Part shown: positions 49,701 through 63,630 of the stretch, one piece after another
Numbering within the stretch: the first letter of the stretch is position 1
Layout of the letters: each line of letters opens with the position of its first letter
Origin: Antedon mediterranea
Taxonomy: Eukaryota; Animalia; Echinodermata
Reading direction: 5' to 3'
DNA length: 64,000 nt
Assembly (NCBI RefSeq): GCF_964355755.1
Contig: NC_092673.1
Span: 25,665,648-25,729,647 of the forward strand
Notes under the pieces: model-generated
Told to the model about the DNA's origin: nothing
The model's database searches: none
What the model saw: the letters and a program-made list of their open reading frames with translations, nothing else
Translations under genes and position numbers: made by a program

Positions 49701-51527
49701 TTCCCTTAGTCGTCTGCTTAAAGAATTACGGCAAAATAAGGGCCGTGTACTTTTGACACCATGTGAATTGTAACACACATTCTGTACGGACCAAACATAT
49801 TTATCTAATCAGTCGTATTTAATCCTAAGCGAAACTTAATTTGATTTTCAATTAAAACGTTTAGTCATAATCAGCGCATTGTTTACAAAATATAATGTAC
49901 TATTAACTAATGTGTCTGGTTTGTTTTACCAGTTCCTATCATCAAAGTAATGTTTAACGTACCAATTAAATAACAGTAACGCTTTATACATGTATTAAGA
50001 AGCAGTTTAAAAACACGTAAATCATATATCGGTATGAAAAATGGGCTTGGTGTTGTTATCAAGCGTAAATTAAGCATGAGGGATCTCTTTATGTGTGTAT
50101 ATTATTTTAATAAAGATATAGATTTTTACCCGTCAAATTATCCTTTTGCCGCCTTTTTAAAAGTTACTTGACGCCGATCGTCTTCCCTTGGTGCCGATGG
50201 TGAATCGCGGAAACCGCAACTATTTTTGTAAAATATGGTTACTATTGTCGGCAAACGTATACTCCTCATGGTAACTTCCGGTTTTGTTTAGGACTGCATA
50301 TTGGGCCTCTAGCTATAGGCCATTAGCATTTGATCGATACAGGTATACCGTAAAACCTCGAAACGAAGCCCAATGGGACTCTTTTCGAAAAGAAAACGCA
50401 GCATTGTGAAAATATTATATGACCAAAAAAATGAGAAAAAGAAACTGATTATTGCTTAAAATGACTTGTATAATACTGTATAATGTAACAAAGCTACTAA
50501 ACCCATGCCGTAAGGTTATAATAAATTACCAAGGATTGATAAGATTTTACGCTACGCTAAGTACGGCTGGAGTTGGTTACGTAAGCGCAGTACAAGCAAT
50601 TTGAACAGCCAAGACGCGATGATTGTGATTGCGTCTATGTCGTTGCGTTGCTTCTACGTTGGACGTACGAAGCTTAAGTATCTTATAATATAATTAACAC
50701 TTGTTAACAAAGTATATTTTGTAGAAAATGTCGCCATGTGTACACTGATTGTTTTGATGACTCATAATAAGTAGAGAATTAACCCTACAGTACTTTCAGT
50801 TTGCGACTCTTTGTTTGGAGATCGACTTAATACCAAAATGTGTCTATATTCTGCTTCATTTGACAAGCGAATTGTAAAGTAGCGTTTGAACTTTATTTAT
50901 CCCTTATCAATTTGAAGTGAGAATGGACAACAACGAACTTCACAAGTGGTGCTAAATGACGCGTGTTGTTACAATGAAATTTGCTTGTAATTACCTGGTT
51001 AGTAATAAGATATATATTTACTGGTCATCAATATTCAAACATAAGTGCTGTTTTGACTTTTGAGATATGTCATATGTCGATACGCTAATCCGTTAACTAT
51101 ACCCTTATCACAGTATCTATCGTCGAACTAACACATTTATAATAAATTATTTTAACACCTTAATCGCTACAATATTATTTCACAAGAACGTCTGTAACTG
51201 TGCTCAATCACTTGAAATATTATTTAAACCGTGACAATCCATATACATGATGATCTATATATTTATTCACCAAGTACGTGGCATTATGTCAGGCATCCAA
51301 TAAGAAAACACAAAACGTATTTTAAATTAAGTTTACTTTATGAAAATGTTTCGTAAAAAGAAAATTAACAAAATAGAATAAAAAGATAGTAACAGTTTTC
51401 TCAAATAACTTATATGGATATTTATTTTGGCCACTGCGAAATAAATTCTGATATACATGTAAAATGAATGTACGATTCTGGCATAACATTTATCTATGGC
51501 GGGCCAAACTGTCATTTAATCATTAAC

Positions 51528-51740
51528 AAGATATCTTAGTTTTCAATAGATAGATATCTATTAAAAACAAATATATCTTAGTTTTAAATAGAGCTATATT
51601 AAATAGAGATATTTATTTATTTTTAATAGAGATATATTAGTTTTAAATAGAGATATCTCAGTTTTAAATAGAAATATCTCATTTAATAGAGATATCTCAT
51701 TCAATAAGGATATCTTAGTTTTAAATAGAGATATCTATAT
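51528..51740. repeat. AT-rich degenerate tandem repeat (AATAGAGATATCT...AGTTTT)
   Basis: Multiple degenerate units. Confidence 0.7.
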
Positions 51741-54214
51741 ATATGTTTAATGATTAAATGAAAAATAAGTTTCAAATTAGCTAGAGTGAAAAACGGCGTT
51801 TAACTATACTATACTAATCCTATAAAAGTGGGATTCAATCTCAATCTTCGGCATTGTGTCATACATAAAGAACAAATTGTTAAAACAATTATCACAGTTA
51901 CATCTTTAGATAGGAATGCCACTGACGGATTTATATACAATTTGAAATTCCTTATATAGAATACTTCTATTAAAACACCAAGGTTAAATTAGATAAGGAC
52001 GGAAGAAATAAAATTACCGCATGTGTAAATGTTTTGACTGGCCTTTCTCTTGACCACAAACAGTATCAATTAATTAATTCATCACCTAAGTACTCAATTA
52101 ATCAAGTTGCTTGTCTATTAAAAAGTTGCGACAAAACCAGATTACCACCCAGGAATAGTGTGTGAAATACAATTGGATAGACTTTGGGCCTAATTGTTTT
52201 AGAAGAATATTTAATGTCCGGATATGTGATAGTATCACGTACGTATATATCCATCCATCCAATCTACATGACCATTTAGGCTCACAACGCCGCCTACGTA
52301 AAAATAAACTCCTCTTTATTGGTTTTAGACGTTAAGGTACGTCTGCGCACGTAACATTTTGGTAGAGGTTTAGATCTATTGTCGCTGTTTTATAACTATG
52401 TTTGCGAACATAAAATTAGGTGGCCAGCTGGCCTAAACGTACGTTCTGCTTGGTCCTAGCCTATATCGCGCCAATGATCCACTTGGCCCTGACCAAAAAT
52501 ACTGAAACATCTACTGACGTGTTTAGACATAATATACAAATCCGCTTTGGTCAAGAGTCGTATTGTAGCATATTGTAGTTTGACAGTTTTGTTTCAATAT
52601 TTTTTTTACAATAAAGAACGCTATAAACCTGATAAAAATTAGATCTATAACAATATATCGGTTTATGTAGTACGTGCAGCACATACATGTTCTCGTTATC
52701 GAGCACAATGTAACTGAATGCATGTCAATGTATAGTATAACTATAATTATTGCACTAATAATATATGTATTAGTAACCTAATCACAATAATAAAACGCTG
52801 CTAATAACATTGTTAATGATGTAGGTTCGAATAACAACTATTATAGATTATAAGGTGATAATAAGTAACAATACATGCTCTTAAGTATATCAATTATACG
52901 GATAAAACGGGAGTAAAGAAACAAAGAAGGTAAAAGTGAGGCTAGGCCGTTTAGATTACTATGCCTTTCAACAGCTTATTTGATTTAGATGCCGACAAAC
53001 CGCAAGGCATCACAATATTGAATGCCTTTACACGGTCAGAATTACCGCGTCTTGGCTTGACCATCCGTTGAGTAGCCGCAGACGTAATTTGCAGGTCTGT
53101 GTATTTATTATACACCCTTCAATGTAGGTCGACGCCGGATTCGCTATCATCCAAATTTTACTGAGAGACATTTTACTCTAATGATATTGATATTGTTTCA
53201 TTTGTGGCTGATTTGGCGCCTATTTACCATAGAAATACTACCATCTCCTAAAATATCCACAAAACATAATAACTGCCGGTCTCTCTTCGTTTCTCCTAAA
53301 GCCCTACCTTTCAATTTCGAGGCGAAACCGAAAAGATGGAATTTTTTTTTCTGCCTTTTTTGTCTACTAACACTTGAACCCATATAGGATACGCGCGCAA
53401 CCGGGCCTAGCAAGTTTAATAGTGGTGCCTAAAAAGCGGTTGGCCGTGTGTTACAACGTATATGTCTCCTCATACCTTTCACATGAATATATAGTGTCGT
53501 TAAGAAAGGATTCTGCTTTTAAATATTCCTGATTCAAAATGTCCATTATTTATGGAACAGCAAGTATTCACACCGTTTTCTTCAGAAGCCGCGAGTTAGT
53601 CTAAATATGGTTTTTCCACTCAACAGATTTAAAATTGTGATTATATTTGGTGACTTGCTATTACTGTTTCTAAAAAAAATAATAACCTTTAGGCCTACTT
53701 CTTTGTTTTATATCGTGTTTTCTTTCTGTGAAAATACCTCATATTACCCATATAATATTACCCATATATAATTAGTAGCCTACCGACTATGAACAAAACT
53801 TAATGTTTTTTTGTATATATTTTTTTTAATATGTTGTGAGGGTAAATATTGTTATGTGTATATCTTAGGTGTTACCCTTTATAGTGTGTTCAACTTCATG
53901 ATATACAGTTATGTCTTTATATGTTTCAAGGTGAAGTTCGAGTTTTGATAAATGTCCATTCGTGTCTTATCCTCGTTTAATATTTCAAAAAGAAATCATC
54001 ATCATCAAAATTATGTTTTTATAAATTGTAAAAATATTGTTGCTTATATATTGAGGTCATCTATAAAACAACAAGAGCACATTTTAATTTCACCGTCATC
54101 TTTAATTTTTCGTTCAACCAGATAACGTTCAATAAGGTATATTCATTATCAACTCAATCATCACATTTCAACAACATCGAAAAGTTCTACGTAGTACAAT
54201 GCATGACTATGATT

Positions 54215-54607
54215 AAACATGTTCTTAACTAAACATGTTTTTAGCTGAACATGTTCTTAGCTGAACATGTTCTTATCTAAACATGTTCTTATCTAAACAT
54301 GTTCTTAGCTGAACATGTTCTTAGCTGAACATGTTCTTAGCTGAACATGTTCTTAGCTGAACATGTTCTTAGCTGAACATGTTCTTAGCTGAACATGTTC
54401 TTAGCTGAACATGTTCTTAGCTGAACATGTTCTTAGCTGAACATGTTCTTAGCTGAACATGTTCTTAGCTGAACATGTTCTTAGCTGAACATGTTCTTAG
54501 CTGAACATGTTCTTAGGTAAACGTTTTATTATATAACATTTTCTTAGCTGAACATGTTATTATCTAAACATGTTATTAGTAAAACATGTTCTTAGCTAAA
54601 CATGTTA
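54215..54607. repeat. 16-bp minisatellite (TTAGCTGAACATGTTC), about 19 units plus degenerate ones
   Basis: Direct tandem units, most containing the palindrome GAACATGTTC. Confidence 0.95.
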
Positions 54608-56326
54608 AATAAAAATGTGTGATAAATGTACTATCAGTGTACTAATGTTTAGGTATAAAGACTACCTCGTATGGCTGGACATGAATACACGTCGAAAGAG
54701 GTAGTTCCAGGTTTATAATCCAATCGCCGGCAAGCACGATAAATGTATGAACAATATGTTGAACATAGAGTAGGTCTAGAGACAAAATGATAAAATATGC
54801 ACACCCAGCGAAGATGCATTATGAGTTGAATTATAATAACAGTGACAGTGTTTCTAAAATTAAGGTCATTTGAGGTCATCTTATCAACTAATCAAGAAAC
54901 TTATTAGATAAGTAGGCTATCAAGCATGTTCGTGTTATTCTTGTGTGTGGGAGTGCTGCCGATGTTACACTTTTAGTTATCTTTCGTATGCGTAGGAAGA
55001 CATCAACAGCCTCATTTTCATCCAATGAGAGACAATAATCATTATAAATATTGCTTTAAATCAATCACTGTAATAGGGTATATTTTTTATAAATACACTT
55101 TTTAAGCAGTAAATTTTCCAGGTTTTATATAGTCTTGTTTCCTCCGTTATTGTATTGGTATGCACCTTAAATGAGTTTCTAAGATCTTGTACGTTAGGTT
55201 GAATACGGTGGCTTTATTCTTATAACAATTTGATATATTAAAACCTTTTCTGATATTATTTTGACGAAACACGTGAAACAATTCCTTGCAGATGCGGGAC
55301 CTTTTTGTAATATTATTATAATTTAGGACAACATGTTGCTAAAGGTTTTTTTTAGAAACAATATAGATTCCAACCCCGAAGTTTTATTTAAATTTGGTAT
55401 TGTCATAGTAACAGATTGTGTTCTCATTTTTTACTTAATTTGTCATTTGTTTCATATAATTAATTTATAAATAGTATAAATCGAACTTGTTAAATTTATA
55501 TCACAGTACAGTTAGGCCTAATGCTGTTTATTTATAGGCCTACATTATATATGTTTAAAGAGGTACGAAAAATACTATAACTTGTGGTTTATAAAGAATT
55601 AAAAAGATGAGTTTTCAAATTCTCACTAAAAAATAAAATTGGTTAAAGCTGTTACACGGGTTACGAGCGGCAACTGCAAAGACCTTAAATTATCCAAGAG
55701 ATATATATTCTGTCATTAAATGTTAGTTATCTTGTGGGCTTATAATTAGTTCATCTTAAATTTCTTTTTATAGACAAAATAAAATGATCCTATAGTGATT
55801 TAAATGCCATATACAATAGGCCTACTAATGTGTTGTGAATAATAAAAGATTGTACCGTACTTTCTGACGGGTATAAATACAATCATAATGTAGGCTTAAT
55901 AAAATATTAAGTGCTAGTTTTATTTATCTATAATAATATATGATATTACAAGAATGTACACTTAACCTGTTGTAAACGACATGAATGATTTGTGAGTTTG
56001 CTTAAAATTGCATCGTACTTAATTGCGCTGACAACTAATAATACAATCGCGGTGCCTGGGATTATTCTCAACGGTAATCAAAATAACAAAACAATAAGTG
56101 CTCCTTTTAAATTTATAATAATAATAATTATATTAATAATAAGCATGTACAATGTACTCAACTTATTTGCTATTATTCATACACCCGGCTATAAGTACAT
56201 TATGTAATCATATACGGACTGTATTATGTTATACGACTAAAATGCGTACAGTATATCATAGGCCTAATTAGGCCATGTAGTGTAGACCAGACTTATGTGG
56301 ATTCGTACAGGTACTGTACGTACTAA

Positions 56327-56515
56327 AGCTTCGTTCCCACTAGAGACGCAACGTAAGGACGTAAGCGTGATTCCCACTAGAGACGCAACGCAAGGACGAA
56401 CGCGCAACGCGAGCGAGTTGACCAATAAAGCCACTATTCGAATAATCCATCTTTTGTGATTGGTCAAATCACTTACGTTACGTCCTTGCGTTGCGTCGCT
56501 AGAGGGAACCAAGCT
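56327..56515. mobile_element. family A-like MITE
   Basis: AGCTTCGTTCCCACTAG...CTAGAGGGAACCAAGCT. Confidence 0.8.
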
Positions 56516-57988
56516 TTAAGCGCAACTTTCGTATTGCGTTGCGTTCTATGTGAGTTCTGAATACAGGAATACGGTAGACACTGTAAGTTTAATGATGATT
56601 AGTAGGCCCCTACTATAATATTAAAAAGTACTATATATCCGCGATTTATGCCGATTTCAGAGAATCAATTATCTATTAGAAAATCCATATAAATCCCAGT
56701 AAATCCCCGTAAATCCTTAGGATATGAAGGTTCAAAGAAGGTAAATCCTCGATTGAAAGGGCAAATCCCCTGATCAATAAACTGCCATTATTTATGTAAT
56801 TGTACTGAAAGTTATATAAACGGAACCAATATTATTCTTAATGTCGCAGACAATAGCTACTGTTGAGTACTATAAAAGTGACAAAGTGAAAGATTTAAAA
56901 TCCGTCTTAGATTACCACATTAGACAGTGGTGCTTTGTACAAGTGCTTACTTATTTACCTTTCATTCAGATAACTTTGTTTACATGTTTATAATTTGACA
57001 TCTATATGGATAGAATTAGGTGTGTATGAAAAGTAAATAGCAAAATAAGTTGACAAGAAAATTGAAAAGGTGTTCGTATCATTGCTTGAGGGTGATGTGA
57101 TATCGTATTGCAACCAATAATTAAAATCATCGAAAACAATCATGTTGTTTGTAGTTAGTTGAAGATTGATATTGGGTTAAAGGCAATTTTCTCTGTTTGA
57201 AAACCCAAAACAATTATTTCTTTGATCCTATCTATGTTTGTATTCGTACTTTGACATTAAGTAACGGCACTTTAGATTTCGTCATCTCCAATGTTTTTGT
57301 TTGCGTTGTATTTAGGATTGAGTTTCACAAGCTGTATTGACGACGCCCTCAGTTTTCTAACTTTAGAAAACTTTTGTAATATATACTGAATATCCTACTA
57401 CACAATATGTACAAACAATTGTACGTTTTGTATTGTTGCATTCAATGATGTTTTTATTATCAAAATTGAAACTTTTACAATAACAATAATAATATGCCTA
57501 ACATTCTGACTAGGACTAAATTGTAGTATATTATTATTATCAATTCATTTGGTACAATATGTCAAGTTCCAGATAAAATAGGGATTTCTTATATTTTTTT
57601 TCATTATTTCTACCGGTTTTCCTGACAAGGGCTAATATGACATTTTGTCATTATCCAAAGTCTACCGATAAAATAGGCCTATAATTACTAAAATTAACTA
57701 TAAATAATACCATGAAACTAGTTTTAGTTAAGAGTTTCTTCGAATCAAATTTGAACCTAAAAGAAAATTAAAATTTCATCAGATGTAGGCCTATATGTAG
57801 GAAGAAAGCGGGTCGCAGTTTCAATGGATATGTATGCTGTGGCTTAAAGTCATGTTATTAGATGGTCTGAAAAGGTGAATTTTTCGTCAATGTCATGCCA
57901 ACAAATAGGCCTATATTTGCGACCGTGGAACCACCTCGAAGTGCTGGTGCATTGGTGTACCGCATCATAAAAAATATATGTGTACTAT

Positions 57989-60900
57989 TAGTCCAGTCAA
58001 TCTAGTGATATTTAGAGGTAAACCCACCACAAATTGCAATAGTAACGAAACATTAATTTTTTCATTCCAAATGTAGTTTATAATGACATATTAAAAGTCA
58101 CCGAAAATTGAAGCATTGGAACACATTATTTTTTACGTAATCTCAACAACTATATAGTGATTTTATTCCATAAATATTTTGGGGTAGGGGGTAACATTTA
58201 TGCCCATAACTTGTGGTTTTATAATCCAATCTCAATAATCTTGATATCAATGTGTAGAATATATATTTCTTTCTAATATGCAATTTAAAAAAACAAAATA
58301 CAACATGTATTTATATAACTAGAGGTCAAAAGGTTATTGACCTTTTACAAAAACTCATTTTTTCCTTAAAAAAAAGGATTAACTGTAATATTGTGCCATA
58401 ATTGTATATGCATTTAATCAAAATTGTGTTTTATCTGTACCTATCGATATATAAAATAGGAAACATGATGTTAACTAGAAGAATTTTAAAAGTAATGATG
58501 TAGGCTACTATTCTTATTGAAATTGATTCTTGATCAAATGTAATGTAAACAATTTTGGGGTAAGGGGTAGCGTTTATGCAAATTTGTTGACGACACTGTC
58601 TTGCTGTCTCTCCTTCAAAATTCACAGGACGGTCATGGTTCCGCATTAGATGGTTTTATCCAATTTTGTGGAAACTCCTACTTGGAACTCAATGTGACCA
58701 AAACCAAGGAGATTATTGTAGATTTTAGGAAGGAGAAAGGACGCAGCCCTCTGGTATCCCCCACAAATGACGAACCAGCGATATTGTCCATTCCTTTAAA
58801 TACCTAGGTACTATATTTGAGGACATTCTCAGCTGGGAATTAAATAAAGAGGCAATAGTAAAGAAAGGACACCAGAAACTTTATCTGTTAAGGAAGCTGA
58901 ACCATTTTAATGTCGATAAAAGTAATTCTCATGGTTTTTCATAATTCCTTTATTGAGAACGTTTTAACTTTTTTCCTTTATATGCTGGTTTTTTAGTCTT
59001 AGGGTCAAAAAGAGAAACTCACTACAAAGAATTGTTAACTTAAGTTCTAAATTAATAGGTTGTCAACTTCGTAGCTTATCTTCCTTCTGTGACATGCAAA
59101 CTCTAGAAAAAAGTAGAGCTATTCTTGTTAACCATGCCTTGTTCAGTGATTTCGAGCTCATGCCTCATGGGCGTCGCTTTCAATGCCCGGCATGTAGAAC
59201 AAACTGGAAAAGAAATTCGTTTTTGCCAATTGCCATCTGACTCTTAAATTCTTGAACTTTGACTCTTGTTATATTGTACTGTATATTGTGATATTTTTGT
59301 ATATTTTGTAAGATCATTTTAATCCAGACCTTTTTATTTGAATTGCTCCGTGTGGGATGATATTGTTTAATACTTCAAATAGAAAAGGACTCACAACTTA
59401 TATGTCATCAGTATCACTTTCTTGTTCGGGTATTAGTACAGTGCAATGCCATTGCATTCACCACATGTAGTTCTAGTTACCCTGAATGCTTCAAGGAGAT
59501 ACTTGGGTTCTGGCTTTAAGTCTGTGTGTAGAGGAACCATGTTTCCATCATCTGATCTTCCATCCCCAATCCTCGGTACACATATCAACCCCACTCCATT
59601 GCTAAAAGATAACTTGAACTTGAACATGATGTTAAGTACCTTGGTTGTGGTACGATTATGAAGTTGGCGATATGCGAGGTTGTACTTGTAGATGGGATGG
59701 AGTCATTCCACGTTGTCCAGGTAGTCCATTGTACAGACGCACTAAACCATTTTCTCTAGCAACCACAATGTCATCCTTTGTAGCTTGTTTGCATCTGAAG
59801 ACTACAGCATAATGTCAGAAATAAGTGCAATGACAAGCTTTTTTAGAGCCACTTGTTTTCCAATTCCGAAAACTTTGGATGTTGTGTCACCAGTATCGCA
59901 TGAGCAAACAGAAGGTTATCACAGATGTCTCTCAAAAGTACTGTTTGAACCAGTTTGATAGTCCAGCATCTCAGCTCCAGTCTAAAGAATATCACAAGAT
60001 GTTTTAAATGCTTGACTGCAGAGGAGCACTAGTAGATCCGTGTCATCGGATAATGACAGATGTTTTCCTGTTTGCTGATTCAATGGTTTTTTGTACTATC
60101 CGAAAGTTCAAATACTAGTTACGAAGATTTATAAATTGTTGTTTGTTACAGAAAGTGATCCTATTTTGTGGCACATGTCACTGGTAAAATGTACAGGGAT
60201 ACTACCACCTGACCCGCCTTACCATGTGCGCCGTCTTTGGTGGATGAGCCGCTTTCATAATTATCAAAGACTATGCAGAGCAATATTTTTTACAGATCTC
60301 TACACTATTCCATGGAATGCTGTGCAGGAGAGCACTACCATCTAAAATGTAGGCCTACTGGACATCATTCAGTGAGTTGGATGTATTAGACTATTCAGAA
60401 GAAGTTGTTTCCACGTGGCATCATGTTGGTTTATTAGCTGAAAGTATTGTAAGTTGGTAGTTTCAAAAAGTGGTGGTGGATAACAAAGTCACCTCGAGTC
60501 TCCTCTGGAACTGTAGGATTGATGCACACATATGACTTTATTGCCAGGATCTTGAATACATTGCAAGACTTTCTGGCCAAAATATTCAATCCTTAATACC
60601 ACATTGCTAATATTCCGAGTCACCTGCAGTAACTCCCGTGTCAATGGTATGAAGTCTCTGAGTCGTAACCAAATGGATTTTTCAATTGCCATTGTGTTTC
60701 TGACGTGTGGCCATAAGGTCTTATGTTGGCCGCTGCTGGAGTAACGCCCTGATACTATTACAAGGCATTACATACATTTCAGTGCAGATTTGGTCTGGAT
60801 GTACGCATTCCTATTCTCTTGTCAAACCTCTGGTTTTCTTTGAGGCTTCTCATAGAAACTTTTTCAATCACCAGGTCTGTTGACAATCCAGCCTAGATGG

Positions 60901-61530
60901 TCCGAACGTCATACAACATGGAGGTCATTGTCAAACTGCTGTTGAACATTTTGTATTTCCACTGGTTAAAAAATAGTTATACATCCCAATATAAATACTG
61001 TAACCATGGCAACACAAATGCCATCTGGAAAAAATGGAATGTAGATCATCCAGAAGCAACAGGAACGGAGATGTCACTCATCTGCATCTTGAACTGGTCA
61101 TGTGTATCGCGTTGGACTGAAATGTTCACCCCAGGGTATCCCTCCTGTGTGTATACCATTGTTGTTTACATTGAAAACAACATTTTTAGCCAAAATTGAC
61201 ACATTATGTTGTGTTTTTCCGCAAAAATGACATTCTAAATAAAATGTTATGACTATAAGTCTGATATCACTGAATAGGAAATTTAATAAGCTTTCGGAGA
61301 CATAAATCCCACTTGTATATAATGTATTTTAAATGGTTAAATTTATGTAATTAATGGGGCATATTAATTTTGACTTAAAATGACCTTTATTGACCTCTGA
61401 CCCCTTGACCCAATGCTTGGATTTTCGGTGACTTTTAGTATGTCGTTCTACACATTATATAGAATTCAAAAATACTAGCTTTGTTACTATTGCAATTTGT
61501 GGTGGGTATATCATTAGATTGACTGGACTA
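57989..61530 (-). mobile_element. decayed, internally deleted Academ-type DNA transposon
   Basis: Imperfect TIRs of about 130 bp (TAGTCCAGTCAATCTA... / ...TAGATTGACTGGACTA) with a 3-bp TSD TAT. Minus-strand remnants GLSTDLVIEKVSMRSLK, LDGSALLHSIPW, IVFDNY, DDTDLLVLL, GDTTSKVFGIGK and GNMVPLHTD..PEPKYLL resemble Academ transposase/XPG-like motifs. Confidence 0.8.
58570..59370 (+). mobile_element. 5'-truncated Rex1/Babar-like non-LTR retrotransposon nested in the Academ element
   Basis: RT C-terminal motifs FVDDTVL, LELNVTKTKEIIVDFRK, FKYLGT, QKLYLLRKL, SFIENVLTF, LMPHGRRF and CRTN..RNSF, with frameshifts and stops. Confidence 0.8.
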
Positions 61531-61767
61531 TATTGTAAAAACGATTTCACATTTGCACATACTGAATATTTTAACACGTTTACATTCATCCGTTATCCGG
61601 GTAGACACTATAGTGGTCCTTAGATGACATTTACAACATTTTCGACATAACAATTGACATATTTGTGGGTATAAGAGCACTAAGAAATACGTTTTTTCTT
61701 TTTCGATGTAGCGGTACGATAGTTTTTTAGATGTTGTCGTTTACTATAGTATCAAAGTTTGCATAAC

Positions 61768-61922
61768 GGGCTGTAGCCAATGGTTAACGTGCTTACCTTC
61801 AAATCCCAAGGACCAGGGTTCAACCCTAACCTAGTTCTATGCTTGTAACTCCACTCCTATAATGAGACTTAGTTTATAAGCACGATATATTATAATGTTA
61901 TCCATCCTGTAACTGGCAAGTT
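61768..61922 (+). mobile_element. tRNA-derived SINE (same family as 17458-17627)
   Basis: GCTGTAGCCAATGGTTAAC...GGGTTCAACCC...ATCCATCCTGTAA. Confidence 0.65.
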
Positions 61923-62606
61923 TGTGCTCGCTGGGTGCGTATGAAATTAATAAATATGTATATAAACACATTTTAAACCACCCGGTGATATACTGAAATT
62001 TAATTAAATAATTTGAAACGATAAAGATGAGGAAATCTATGAGAAGAGAAGATTCGAACCCGAAACCTTCTGCTTGATATGTCCTAACCATTAGATCAAT
62101 ATTATATTATGTGTGTGTGTGTATGTGTTGACTCGTAAAAGCACAAGAAATTAATTAATATTATTTAGGATTTGTTTTCTACGCCATCATTAATTGTGTA
62201 TTTTAGTTTCAATAATTGAAGATAATAATTTTCTTTGTACGACAATTAATCGTCAATTGTTTGTACTTAACTATTAATTTACCTTTTTTTTTTGCTTTCT
62301 AATTTAAATTTAACTTTTGCTTTGAATAACTTCGTCACTTTATTGAAAACATGGTCTTTAATAAGAACAATAAATATCCGTTTGAAATATTAGTAACGCG
62401 TACGCTGTCATTAAATTTACTTTTATACGACAGACTTGATCTTGAGAAACCACAACCCCACCAGGGAACTTGGTTTTCTTGTTTAATGGTACTTCCGAAA
62501 CCATGTATTACTAGATATCTGGATGGTGTTATATCAAAATTAACATTTAACTTCCGGTTCATAGAAAATCTTATTTTTATTACATATTATAAAATCAATT
62601 ACTTAA

Positions 62607-62909
62607 AGATATATTGTCCCCCTAAAACAATGTTTTTTTTTCACATTTTTGTTGAATATAGCAGTTTAATGTCACATAATAGTCATTTAATTTGACCAAA
62701 AACTGGATCACAAAAAAAAAAATATTTAGCTGAAAATAAAATTTAAAGCAAAAAATACCAGACAGCGGTTTTTGGTTAAAATTAAACACACCTTTGTCTT
62801 TTTATAAGTGAAATAAATATAATAACTTTATTAAAACTGCAAAATGGCCAATTTAAAGTCTGATTTTATTAATCTCCAGTTTTCAAATTTTTTTGGGGAC
62901 AATACATCT
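62607..62909. mobile_element. Kolobok-like MITE
   Basis: TTAA|AGATATATTGTCCCC...GGGGACAATACATCT inverted termini. Confidence 0.55.
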
Positions 62910-63365
62910 TAATTATTTTGATTTTATTTAATTTGTGTTGATTTCTAAAACACGAGCGACGCTGTTGACAATTTCTCGTCAACCATAAATATCACCAATA
63001 ATTATTATCACTTGAAATGACAATAATATCCATATTCACTACTTAACAAGAAATATATTTTTAATTTAATTTGAAATACTAATTTGTTAAGTAATTTATT
63101 ACATGTTTAATGAATTAGAGAGACGGACGTTAACTCTAAAGCCATTAATGAGAAAAAATATTAAACGAGTTTGACAAAAGAAGTGTGATGTGCCTAAATA
63201 TTGTAGCGATATATGCCCAAATATGGTAGTGATATGAAATTATCATGTCCATATATATGGGCATATCAAATTTTTTGTCACATAAAGTTTGATAGTGTAA
63301 ACAGAGCTTAAGACTAGTATCTTTTATTCCGTTGACGGTAAGGAACGTTGTTAGTGAAACAGTGA

Positions 63366-63630
63366 AGCTACGTTCCTACTGCTAGAACGTTGACTAATGA
63401 CAAGCGACAGTTCAAATAATTCATCGCTTGTGATTGGTCAAATCCCTTGTGTTGCGCTTACTTACGTTCTTGCTTTACGTCCTTTGCAATTAAGCTTAAT
63501 CTTAGTTCCAACCAGGACGCAAAGCTTGGACGTATACGCAACTCTAGTAATTTGACCAATCACGAAGCGATGATCATCCGAACTTATCCGCTTGTGGTAA
63601 ACTCACTTGTGACGCAATTCGTGTGCATAT
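63366..63630. mobile_element. two degenerate adjacent family A-like MITEs
   Basis: Internal CGCTTGTGATTGGTCAA / TTGACCAATCAC motifs. Other degenerate copies lie at about 8545-8680, 12465-12530, 47515-47605, 47830-47915 and 50570-50675. Confidence 0.6.

Noticed and set aside
54215-54607. Regular repeat arrays here and at 31403-31651 as possible CRISPR arrays
   Set aside because: Head-to-tail units with no unique spacers, no cas genes, and a eukaryotic context.
61000-61013. RFX X-box-like GTAACCATGGCAAC
   Set aside because: Single site inside the decayed Academ element with no linked host exon.
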